64,000 bases of DNA from Eremomyces bilateralis CBS 781.70 (lineage: Eukaryota): the NCBI GenBank assembly GCA_010015585.1, contig ML975158.1; one strand, written 5' to 3'. Position 1 is the stretch's first letter. Each line of letters begins with the position of its first letter. The notes under the pieces are model-generated. The model was given only the letters and a program-made list of their open reading frames with translations. It was not told where the DNA came from and did not search any database. Below are positions 1 through 9,667 of this stretch, one piece after another. A program made the translations under genes and the position numbers.

Positions 1-654
1 TACCACTTCCCAGAAGTGGAAGACCCGTCGTAATCTAGGTATTCATGCATGTAGCCGAAAACGTTAAAGAAGTTAACGGACGAAAAAACCGACTCCGACT
101 CGATAAATTTGGTAAATTTATCTACTGCAATTGATGCAGCGACTGTATCCTCTTCGATGAGCCGTTCAACGTAACTCTACGCGAAATTAGCAAAAGAACA
201 ACATAGTAAGACGTATAGCTAGCCTTCATGTTCCTGATAGTCTCAAACTTGAAGCCTTTGGACCAGGCATGAATAAAGTCATGCGCTTCTCGCCACTCGA
301 CGTCGTCCGCCGTCACAGATCCGTACACATTCTGGATCAATTTGTTTTCCTCAAAACAGCTGTGGAAAAAGAAATGGTTCCACCTCGTTGATCTGGACAG
401 CTTCGCAACGCGAGCATTGTCCTCACTGACGGCTTCGGCGTGGTGATGGCGCTTCGCTCGTACCCGTTTCTTCGGGTTACGGAGGTAGGATTGGAAATCC
501 TCGGGCTACTTAATGCGTCAGAGACTGGACTTCCTATATAATTTATATGAGAAAGGCAGTGCGCGGAGCATACTGGAAGACCTGGTTCATCATCTTCCGC
601 TCCAGCATGGGAGCCGGACAGCGCCGGGTCTATGCCAGCAGCAGTGTTAGCCAT
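1..654 (-). pseudogene. Degraded spliced coding remnant of unknown function
   Basis: The ATG at 654 is followed by intron-like segments (GTATGC...TATAG; GCTAAT...GTAG). Protein-like stretches (RWNHFFFHSCFEENKLIQNVYG...WSKGFKFETIRNMK; SYVERLIEED) are broken by TAA stops and frame changes. Confidence 0.3.
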
Positions 655-836
655 CTCAAATATCGAGTTTAAGAGTGGTTATAGGTCATCTGAGTCTTAT
701 ATAAGAAGCTCATCTCATTTATGACGTGTCTACCCGTATGATTAGGTCCAGGAGAGCATCATAGAGTTATGGTAGGAGCCGGATTGATAGGAACCCCCGA
801 AGCTAAGCCGAATCTTAGCCGACGTTTTGCCTACCA

Positions 837-878
837 AACCGTTAACCAACCGTTAACCAACCGCTAACCAACCGATAA
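837..878 (+). repeat. Tandem 11-bp repeat, ~4 copies (AACCG[T/C/A]TAACC)
   Basis: aaccgttaacc aaccgttaacc aaccgctaacc aaccgataa, read directly. Confidence 0.85.
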
Positions 879-1300
879 TTAAGCAAAACGATCGAGGAAA
901 TTTCCCGATTGAATTCTAAACCGCTGATATATCTAACCGTAGATAGACCGGTAGATTAGAATAGACGTTGGGAAATTTAGTAACGTTTAATAGAGAAACC
1001 GCATAGAGACTGTAGATTAGATTCATCAGTTACAAGGCAAAACGTCTGGAATTCCGCCTGTTATGTGTGAATTAACCGTCCAAAACCGGATTAGCGTAAT
1101 CATCGGTTGATTACCAGATATTTTAGTAGCCCCCTGCGCCCTGCTGACGCGACGTCATTTCAGATCTCACAACCCGTCCAAGCTTCAGTCACGACAAACC
1201 CCGACGGTCTTGTCTCATCTTCAATTCTTCTCCTCACTTATCCACAATCCACCATCAATCCAAGTCAATTGAACCTCACCCGTTCAATAATCCTCCCACG

Positions 1301-2448
1301 ATGGCAACCATGTTTGCCCGTCAGGTGTTTCAACCTGTTCGAACCCTTCAGACGGTATGTGTAATCCATACTTGAGCTTGCGATTATCTCGTCCTGTGCT
1401 GTATATGAAGCATGCATGCGTACAAATATTAATCATAGCTGCAGCAAGTCCGTCGGTATGCCAGCGAGGCGCCCAAGAGCGGCGGCGGATCGAACTCGCT
1501 CCTTATCGCCGGTTTCCTCGGAGCAGCCACTGCTGGAGGGTACTACTACCTGACCAGCGACAAGGCGGGCGCTGCGAAGGCGACGGCACCGACAACGCCA
1601 TCGGAACCGGTGTTCAAAGGCGGCGATCAGGGATTCATTTCACTGAAGTTGGACAAGATCGAGACGTTGACTCATAACACGAAGCATTTCACCTTCAGCT
1701 TTGAGGATCCGAATGCGGTGGCAGGGTTGCCGGTTGCGTGTATGTCGACCATCGATTCTCATACCCACGCGCTACATGAACTAACGTGGATGCAACAGCG
1801 GCGATTTTGACCAAGTACAAGGGACCCGAGATGGAGAAGCCCGTCATCCGCCCCTACACGCCCGTCAGCGCGGTAGACGAGAAAGGCCACATCGACTTCG
1901 TGATCAAGAAATACGAGAAGGGGCCGATGTCCACGCACATGCACGACATGTTAGAAGGGCAACGGCTGGATTTCAAGGGGCCGATTCCCAAGTACCCATG
2001 GGAAACGAACAAGCACGAGCACGTCGTCATGATCGCCGGCGGCACTGGGATCACGCCCATGTACCAGGTGATGCGCCGGATCTTCGAGAACCCAGAGGAC
2101 AAGACGAAGGTCACGCTGGTTTTTGGGAACGTGTCGGAGGGTGATATCCTGTTGAAGAGGGAACTGTACCACCTTGAGAACACCTACCCGCAGCGATTCA
2201 AGGCTTTCTACGTCCTGGACAGCCCGCCGGAGAGCTGGTCAGGAGGCGTTGGGTACGTGACGAAGGAGCTGTTGAAGACCGTCATGCCGGAGCCGAAGGA
2301 GGGGGAGAAGGTCAAGGTCTTCGTCTGCGGGCCGCCCGGCTTGTACAAATCCATCAGTGGCCCGAAGAAGAGCCCCGCAAACCAGGGGGAGCTGACGGGA
2401 TTCTTGAAGGAGCTGGGATACAGCCCGGACCAGGTGTATAAGTTCTGA
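1301..2448 (+). CDS. MCR1: Mitochondrial NADH-cytochrome b5 reductase 2
   Basis: Exons 1301-1354, 1445-1739, 1799-2448 with GTATGT/CAG introns. Presequence plus TM ([33 protein letters not shown]). FNR-family motifs [22 protein letters not shown] and C-terminal VYKF. Confidence 0.95.
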
Positions 2449-2760
2449 GTGACATCTCTCTACGCTAGATTCTTGGGGGCGTGAGGATAATCAGGTGCAA
2501 GGTTAGAGAGCATCTGCCACTCCGCTGTTCCAATAGAAGTTAGAAGCCATTCAATGATTTTGTCCAATTTTGTAACATCTAGTGAGATAATCATTCAATG
2601 AACTGCTGAAGTAAGACCCTAGCTGGATGTATGAAGGGTCCATTCTAGAGCACGGGCATCGACGTAATTGTGGACATGTTCCTAGATTCTGAAATTGCTG
2701 CAATAAACGCCCGAAACCGCAGTGTATATACAGATTTCGATGCAGCGTCGTTTTCTATGC

Positions 2761-3390
2761 TCACTCCGCCAATGCCGGAACCGCACCTGGACCTCCCAGT
2801 TCTCGGTCCAACCCTCCCGGAAATCTCCGTTCCACCGCGGGCTGGTCTGGGTATGTGAGCGAGCAGAGCCCTGCAACCCCGCCGATGAAGGCAATGAAGC
2901 AGGCGATTCCGCCGAACGCTTTCTTCGGCGGGAGATGGGGGTACGGATCTGGGGAGAAGACGCCAAGTATGTCGTTGTCCTCATGAACCGGCTCGCCGTA
3001 CATTCGTCTGTCTTGCTCATCCCACCACGGAGCATACGGGTCACGCAAGATACGTTGCTGGGCGGGAGGGCTGACATAGCCACCGTTCTGTAGAAAATAT
3101 TAGCGAATGTCCTTGGCCGGGTGGGGGTGTCGGGGCGGCGGTCGTACCATATCGGGATCTTCTTTGGCCGCGTCGGTGAAATCGTTCACGTTCTCGGCTT
3201 TCACATCGGCATAGTAACCCTTCGCCTTCCAGTAGCCTTCCACGGCCTCGTCGTGTTGCAGCTTAGCGGGATGTTCGGGAGGCGCAGCGTATCTCCTCAC
3301 GCTGGTCAGGGCGGGTGATTGGGAGGTGACGAATTGAGGACGGCATGCTGCGCGGAATGCGCGAGCTGCCAGGGCTGTTCGGGACAGCAT
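2761..3390 (-). CDS. NDUFB8: NADH:ubiquinone oxidoreductase beta subcomplex subunit 8 (ASHI/NDUFB8-like)
   Basis: Exons 3390-3148 and 3087-2761 (intron 3088-3147). Mitochondrial presequence, then DPDMNGGY..RDPYAPWWDEQDRRMYGEPVHED, one TM, and P.GLDRELGG. Confidence 0.9.
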
Positions 3391-3583
3391 CTATGGGAAT
3401 GGTTGATGAGTAGTTCGATGCGGAGAAGCTGGAGCTGAATGAGACTTACATTTGTCTAACGTGACGCTCAATTGAGCCGATGAATTGGATGGAGGAGGTG
3501 ATAATAGCAGTAGTCTGCAGTCCAGTCGTTGGAGATGTGCCGTGTGGTTGTGGATGACAAGGCGCTAATCCCGCTCGGGGGTG

Positions 3584-3601
3584 CACGTGACCAACCACGT
3601 G
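3584..3601. promoter_or_regulatory. Paired E-boxes CACGTG-N6-CACGTG in the divergent NDUFB8/SWR1 promoter
   Basis: cacgtg accaac cacgtg(a), ~200 bp upstream of the NDUFB8 ATG. CACGTG is the canonical bHLH (Cbf1-type) site. Confidence 0.55.
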
Positions 3602-3831
3602 AGATCGTAACCTGGATTTTGCCCGTTGCGCTTGCCTCCAGAACAACTGCACCTTCCCAATTACGTTTTCGTCTCTCACACCTGCAAATCCTCCTCCAAC
3701 TCATATTAAATCTTTTCATAGCAATCAGCTCAATAAGACGTACCAATCGACACCAATATCGAAGTTAGAAACGTTGCCTTCGTCGAGCACGTGGTGGGTC
3801 AGTGAAGATTTCCCACTTCGGACCGGTTGCG

Positions 3832-6800
3832 ATGCAAAGCAGCGTTGCCTCACCACCACCAGAGAGCAACGCCCATCATCAACATCTTGTGCACACCAAC
3901 GGCCACCACGACGTGCATCCTGAGCTGGACCAGCAGCTTCAGAATGGCACACCGGAAGAAATCAAGAAGGAAAATGTTCCAAACGGCCTGAATCATGGCT
4001 CCTCTCTCCCTCCCGCCCTTCCATTAGACCAGTCCGAACCTCCCTCGAAGAGACGCAGGCTTGACTCCCAGAGACTGTCGCGTCCGCCATCACCACCGTG
4101 GAAGAAGGTTGCTGCAGAGGGGCCCAGCTCATTTCTAATCGATGGCAGACGGAAATCATCACGTACTAATACTGTCCCTTCTGAACCCGAACCGCCTTCT
4201 GGTAAACGACGCACCCGCGCCGAATCCAACACTTCCGTCACTCGACCAAGCTATGCCGCTCTACACAATGGGAAGCACTACGAGGCACCCACAAATGGCG
4301 CGATGTCCAGCCCCAAATCCACACCTCGACCCCCTCCAAACAAAGCTACTGGTCAAACCGAGTTCAAGAAACCAAAAGCCATGCTGCCAAACGGAGACAG
4401 GGCGCGAGGTGGAAAACACTCATCCTCTGCAGCAAACACATCACCCTCGAAGCCATCCGCCCAGACACACCCACGTCGAACCTCATCCTCTCGATCGAAC
4501 ATACAAGACCCGTCAACGAATACGCCTCCGTCACAAGGGTCAGCGCGCGGACGTGGTCGGGGCGGTCGCCCTCGAAAATCAGATATAATCTCTCGCGTTG
4601 GCCCCTCAGACTCACCTTCCGAACCCACCGCCCCATCCTCGGCTGGTCCTGCACGATTACGTCTACGTATACGAAATGCAAATCAACCCGAGCTGCGGCA
4701 TCTCGGGACGCTCCCACCGCTGCGGAAATATAACACATTCCAAGAATGGCTATCGCATGATGACCCTTTCCAAGGTGACGAAGAAAGTAGGCCTTCGGTG
4801 GACAAAATCACATCGAAAGCAGACGAAATCATACGCCTGCAGAAAGCGTGCGGACCTGGTGGACCCCTAGAACACAAGGAGAACCTGTTCGATGCATTTG
4901 AAGAGGAGCAAGCGGGCCTGAAAGACCCATATCAAGCTTATGGAGCAGTATACAGCCATTGGGACCATGTCGTTGCACACGCCACTCATTTCCGCCGACT
5001 CATGCGAAGAGAAGCCCGTGCACATGTTGGTATGGCCAAGCGTATCGCCAATGAAGTTGCTGAGGAGGTCGCAACGAACCCGAAATGGGAGAGCAGGCGG
5101 TTGCCGGTGGATAAGAACGAGGTGTGGCGCCAAGAGGAGGCATGGCAGCGGCAGCGGTACAAGCAGGTCGTCCGGGATATGGCGAAGGCGTGGGAACTGG
5201 TCCGGGCGGAGGTCAAGAAAGAGAAGCTGCGGCAGTGGGAGATGGAGCAGCATGCGGAAGGAAAGAGAGCTCTGGATGATATGCTGGACAAGGCGAAGGT
5301 CTTAGTCGAGAAGCGAAGAAGGAGGAGCGAAGGCGCGGGAAGCGATGTAATGGATGAGAGCGACATGGACGACGACGAAGCCGAAGTCGAATATTTCGAT
5401 GAAAACGAGCCTTTGATCGATAGCCAAATGCAGTCTGATAACGAAAAGGAGGACACAGAAAGGGTGGGATCAGATGAGGATGAAGACGAAGACCTGGATT
5501 CTGATGTCATGTCTTCTACGGATGACAGCGAAGAAGAAGTTCAACAAGACGCGGACGACGACGCGGGTCTGGACCAGGAAGCCTTGCGTCAAAAGTATTC
5601 GCACATACTTCAGGAGCAAGAAAGACTTGCCAACGGTGTGGAGGAGGCGGATGAAGACCATGCCTCAGAAACTGGCACGGATGCAGATCAATCTGCAGCG
5701 GACATGGACGAGGAAGATCTCGAGCCTGATGCTGTCCCTGGCGCCGAAGATCATACTCCAGACTCGGCGGAAGCCGATAGAGATTCCGACAAATCCAATG
5801 GCATCGACGTATCTGCGATCGAGCTGGACGAAGTCGATCCTATGCTTCTTGACGATGAAGACGAATCAACCGACATGGATAGCGATATGGGCACAGAAGA
5901 ATCCGAAGAGGAAGAAAGCGGTAGCGAAGAGGATGAAGAAGAGGGGCCAAGCCTACTGGGATTCTTCTCTAAATCTAAGATCCAGCAAATGAAAGAGCAA
6001 GCGAAAGAGCATCTGGCTAACGGAGTTGATCACGATGATGAAGATTCCGCTTCTGTCCGTCATGACGAGGTCGAGATCGACGAGAAGCCTCACGACTCCG
6101 CAATGGATTCAATTACCGACCTTGCCGAGACAGATCCTGCGAAAGACGAATTGCTTCATAATGGACACGCCAGGGATAGTTCGATGGTCGATGATGATGA
6201 GATTGAAGAAATCGAACGCAAAGATCTGCCAGATACTACCATTAAGGATGTCTCTCGACCTTCTTCGATGGAACCCCAGACCCTCAACCAACCAAGCGTC
6301 CACACGGAGATTCCGTCCCTGCTACTTCGAGGTACTCTTCGGGAATATCAGCACCAGGGTCTTGATTGGCTTGCCGGGTTGTACTCGCAGAACACGAATG
6401 GAATTCTCGCAGATGAGATGGGTCTTGGCAAAACGATTCAGACGATTTCACTCCTAGCTCATCTAGCAGTACATCACCATGTCTGGGGTCCACATCTGAT
6501 CGTCGTGCCAACGTCTGTCATGCTGAACTGGGAGATGGAGTTCAAGAAATGGTGTCCTGGATTCAAGATTTTGACCTATTACGGCACTCAAGAGCAGCGC
6601 AAGAAGAAGCGGCAAGGCTGGATGAACGAGGATCTTTGGAATGTGGTCATTACCAGCTACCAACTGATCCTGCAAGATGCACAGGCGTTCAAGAAGCGGA
6701 ATTGGCACTATCTGGTGCTCGATGAAGCGCACAATATCAAGAACTTTCAGACACAACGGTGGCAGACACTCCTGACGTTCAAGACGCGTGCAAGGCTTCT

Positions 6801-8925
6801 TCTGACAGGAACCCCGTTGCAGAACAACCTTAGCGAGCTTTGGTCCTTGCTTTTCTTCCTCATGCCCGGCGGTATCGATGGCCAGGGAGGATTTGCAGAG
6901 CTTGAGAAGTTCACGAACGCCATGCGAAGACCGGCCGATCAGATCCTTGACCAAGGTCGGCAAAAGCTCGATCTTGAAGCGCAAGCCGCCGTGAACAAGC
7001 TACACGAAGTGCTCCGACCATACCTCCTCCGCCGACTGAAAGCGGATGTCGAAAAACAAATGCCCGGCAAATACGAGCACGTCGTCTACTGCCGACTTTC
7101 CAAAAGACAACGTCAGCTATATGACGAGTTCATGGGGCGGACAGATACGCGCAGAATACTTACCAGTGGAAACTACATGAGCATCATCAATTGCTTGATG
7201 AGCTTGAGAAAGGTCTGCAATCACCCCGATTTGTTCGAAACCAGACAGATTGTTACCAGCTTTGCTCTTCCGAAGTCAGTCATCGCCGACTTTGAGATTA
7301 AAGACCTGCTAGTCCGTCGCCGGTTGCTTGCCGACGGGTCTTCGGATAAGGTTGATCTTGACTTTATTGGCCTTCGTCCCGTCTCTGACGAAAGGATAAC
7401 TACGGCCAACGCCCTGAGAACTCAATATCTCCAAGCAAGTCGGCAACTGGATTTCTATGCATCCAAACTGAGTCATGTGCTACAAGGTCGTAAAAACGTC
7501 GGCGTCTCGACGCTTGAATCGAACCTTGAAGAGATCAAATTTAAGGAGCAGCTTGGAGTGATGGAGCAACTTCGAACGACTGCAAGAATCACACGGGCAA
7601 GAACACTCAAACGGCCAATCTATGGGCTGGGGCTTGTGGAACTGGCAACGTTACGTCACACGAAAGGAGTGTATCCACGCCTCGGTCGAAGCATTGGTGC
7701 TGTCAGAGAAGTGGTATCAGATCTGCCTGAAGATGTCTCTCTCCCTTCCACGCCGGCATTTTCGGAAATGTTCTGCTCTCTCGAAGAGCGATCACGGAGC
7801 ATGGAGATGACGGTGGCCAAGTTCGGCTGCATCACGCCTGCAGTTTATGCGAGCGACATGGCCGAGCTCTCCTTGTCCCCGGGTCTGATCAAATATGCTC
7901 GAGCATATGGACAGCAACAACATAATCCTCTCCACGAGGCGCAAGTGCGACTGTCGATTGCATTCCCGGATAAACGACTCTTGCAGTACGATTGCGGCAA
8001 GCTGCAACGACTCGACAAACTCCTCCGACAGCTCCAAGCTGGCGGTCATCGCGCCCTTATCTTCACTCAAATGACGAAAGTCCTCGACATCCTTGAATCG
8101 TTCCTCAACATCCACGGTCATCGCTACCTCCGCCTTGATGGCGCCACGAAGATCGAACAGCGCCAAATCCTCACCGAACGCTTCAACAATGACCCCCGAA
8201 TCCTCTGCTTCATCCTTAGTTCTCGGTCAGGTGGCCTCGGCATCAACCTCACTGGCGCCGACACTGTCATCTTCTACGACCTCGATTGGAATCCCGCAAT
8301 GGACAAGCAATGCCAGGACCGCTGCCACCGCATCGGCCAGACCCGCGACGTGCACATCTACCGATTTGTCTCCGAATACACCATCGAAGCCAACATCCTC
8401 CGAAAGAGCAACCAGAAACGTCTTCTCGACGACATCATCATCCAAAAGGGTGAATTCACCACCGACTACTTCAACCGCGTCACGTACCGAGATGCGCTAC
8501 CCGACCTCGGAGACGATGCCGAAGCCTCCGCCGCAATGGACAAAGTCCTGGGTGACGTCACCGGCCTCGGCCAAGTCTTCGAATCCGTTGAAGATCGCGA
8601 AGACGCGGTCGCAGCGAAGACCGCCACGAACGAAATGCAGCACATCGACGCGGCCGACTTCAACGAGATGGCGGCCGTCAGCACCTCCTCTGGGAACGGC
8701 ACGCCGAAAACGTCGGTGCCGCCCACCCCTGCTGACGGGATGGACGACTCTCGCACCGTCACGGTCCATCCAGAGACGATCGTCGAGGAGGTCCCGCACG
8801 TAGACGACTATATGATGCAGCTGATGCGCGAAGAGTTGAAGCATCTGATTGTGGTGCCACCGGGGCGGGATAAGAAAAAGAAGAAGGGGAACCCGGGAGG
8901 AGATCATCGGCGGCGGAGGAGGTAG
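3832..8925 (+). CDS. SWR1: SWR1 chromatin-remodelling ATPase (H2A.Z deposition)
   Basis: One uninterrupted ORF (first ATG 3832) with an HSA-like helical region and a long acidic tract. SNF2 motifs GILADEMGLGKTIQ, LDEAHNIKN and LLLTGTPLQN; split ATPase with a long insertion; FPDKRLLQYDCGKLQ and DWNPAMDKQCQDRCHRIGQ. Confidence 0.97.
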   Translation: MQSSVASPPPESNAHHQHLVHTNGHHDVHPELDQQLQNGTPEEIKKENVPNGLNHGSSLPPALPLDQSEPPSKRRRLDSQRLSRPPSPPWKKVAAEGPSSFLIDGRRKSSRTNTVPSEPEPPSGKRRTRAESNTSVTRPSYAALHNGKHYEAPTNGAMSSPKSTPRPPPNKATGQTEFKKPKAMLPNGDRARGGKHSSSAANTSPSKPSAQTHPRRTSSSRSNIQDPSTNTPPSQGSARGRGRGGRPRKSDIISRVGPSDSPSEPTAPSSAGPARLRLRIRNANQPELRHLGTLPPLRKYNTFQEWLSHDDPFQGDEESRPSVDKITSKADEIIRLQKACGPGGPLEHKENLFDAFEEEQAGLKDPYQAYGAVYSHWDHVVAHATHFRRLMRREARAHVGMAKRIANEVAEEVATNPKWESRRLPVDKNEVWRQEEAWQRQRYKQVVRDMAKAWELVRAEVKKEKLRQWEMEQHAEGKRALDDMLDKAKVLVEKRRRRSEGAGSDVMDESDMDDDEAEVEYFDENEPLIDSQMQSDNEKEDTERVGSDEDEDEDLDSDVMSSTDDSEEEVQQDADDDAGLDQEALRQKYSHILQEQERLANGVEEADEDHASETGTDADQSAADMDEEDLEPDAVPGAEDHTPDSAEADRDSDKSNGIDVSAIELDEVDPMLLDDEDESTDMDSDMGTEESEEEESGSEEDEEEGPSLLGFFSKSKIQQMKEQAKEHLANGVDHDDEDSASVRHDEVEIDEKPHDSAMDSITDLAETDPAKDELLHNGHARDSSMVDDDEIEEIERKDLPDTTIKDVSRPSSMEPQTLNQPSVHTEIPSLLLRGTLREYQHQGLDWLAGLYSQNTNGILADEMGLGKTIQTISLLAHLAVHHHVWGPHLIVVPTSVMLNWEMEFKKWCPGFKILTYYGTQEQRKKKRQGWMNEDLWNVVITSYQLILQDAQAFKKRNWHYLVLDEAHNIKNFQTQRWQTLLTFKTRARLLLTGTPLQNNLSELWSLLFFLMPGGIDGQGGFAELEKFTNAMRRPADQILDQGRQKLDLEAQAAVNKLHEVLRPYLLRRLKADVEKQMPGKYEHVVYCRLSKRQRQLYDEFMGRTDTRRILTSGNYMSIINCLMSLRKVCNHPDLFETRQIVTSFALPKSVIADFEIKDLLVRRRLLADGSSDKVDLDFIGLRPVSDERITTANALRTQYLQASRQLDFYASKLSHVLQGRKNVGVSTLESNLEEIKFKEQLGVMEQLRTTARITRARTLKRPIYGLGLVELATLRHTKGVYPRLGRSIGAVREVVSDLPEDVSLPSTPAFSEMFCSLEERSRSMEMTVAKFGCITPAVYASDMAELSLSPGLIKYARAYGQQQHNPLHEAQVRLSIAFPDKRLLQYDCGKLQRLDKLLRQLQAGGHRALIFTQMTKVLDILESFLNIHGHRYLRLDGATKIEQRQILTERFNNDPRILCFILSSRSGGLGINLTGADTVIFYDLDWNPAMDKQCQDRCHRIGQTRDVHIYRFVSEYTIEANILRKSNQKRLLDDIIIQKGEFTTDYFNRVTYRDALPDLGDDAEASAAMDKVLGDVTGLGQVFESVEDREDAVAAKTATNEMQHIDAADFNEMAAVSTSSGNGTPKTSVPPTPADGMDDSRTVTVHPETIVEEVPHVDDYMMQLMREELKHLIVVPPGRDKKKKKGNPGGDHRRRRR

Positions 8926-9320
8926 GATGAGGTGACATGATTTTGTATGATTAGAGGACGATGAAAAGTCGGTTTGGGCGAACGGCGCACCGTGGCCGGT
9001 GCATGCATGGTTCGGGAGTCATCCACCGGGAGGCGAATTGATAGAACACAGAACGCATAGCGTGGGTTGGGGTTTGATGATTCCGGTTTGTATGATAGAA
9101 AATAATAAACCACGACGATGCCATACACATTGGACACCTTTCTGGGAACGATCACAGTGATATTTCTGATTCTCATACCGTACTTGTTACTTCCAGACCC
9201 GTTTCTAAGTATTAGTATGCGAGTCTGAAAATGTCCTTAACTAGTCCAATAACTAAAGGCTTTAACTCGTATCTATCATGAGGACAAAATATAACAGTGG
9301 CTTCCACTCCATACTATAAA

Positions 9321-9664
9321 CTATAACCCCAGTGCGTCACGTAAATCCTGATATGCTTGGTCAGTAGTTGTATTTACTATGTAATGGAGGGATTGCTTGC
9401 CATTAACTTCTTCAGCTTCTCCTGAGTTGAACCTGGATCGGATTTGCTGAGGCCTAGCTTGGCTAACTGGAGCTTATGTGTCTGTTGTTGCCGAATGTAC
9501 TATGGGTAAGCGCACTGGTTAGTGGAGCATTATTGCCGTATGATCCAATTTCTCACCTCTTCAACGGTGTCTTGCATAATGTATCGAATAATTGTAACTC
9601 TCTTGTCCTGGCCCATACGCAAAACACGGCCGATTGATTGGCATTCTACCGTGGGATTCCAATG
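9321..9664 (-). pseudogene. 3' remnant of a Rad5/Rad16-type SNF2 helicase gene
   Basis: HWNPTVECQSIGRVLRMGQDKRVTIIRYIMQDTVEE (helicase motif VI), then intron 9556-9500 (GTGAGA..CTAAC..TAG), then YIRQQQTHKLQLAKLG. Everything upstream of HWNP is missing. Confidence 0.75.
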
Positions 9665-9667
9665 CGA

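Larger units (their letters stand above)
1..1136. mobile_element. Possible terminus of a RIP-degraded DNA transposon (family undetermined), continuing off the left edge
   Basis: TpA-rich composition at ~650-1130, repeated AACCG/TAGATTAG motifs and a short tandem array. There is an abrupt change to normal promoter-like sequence at ~1136, where the minus strand reads CAGGGGGCTACTAAAA. The other end is not in the window. Confidence 0.3.

Noticed and set aside
837..878. Tandem repeat considered as telomeric or CRISPR-like
   Set aside because: The unit is not TTAGGG/CCCTAA, there are no spacers, and the context is eukaryotic.
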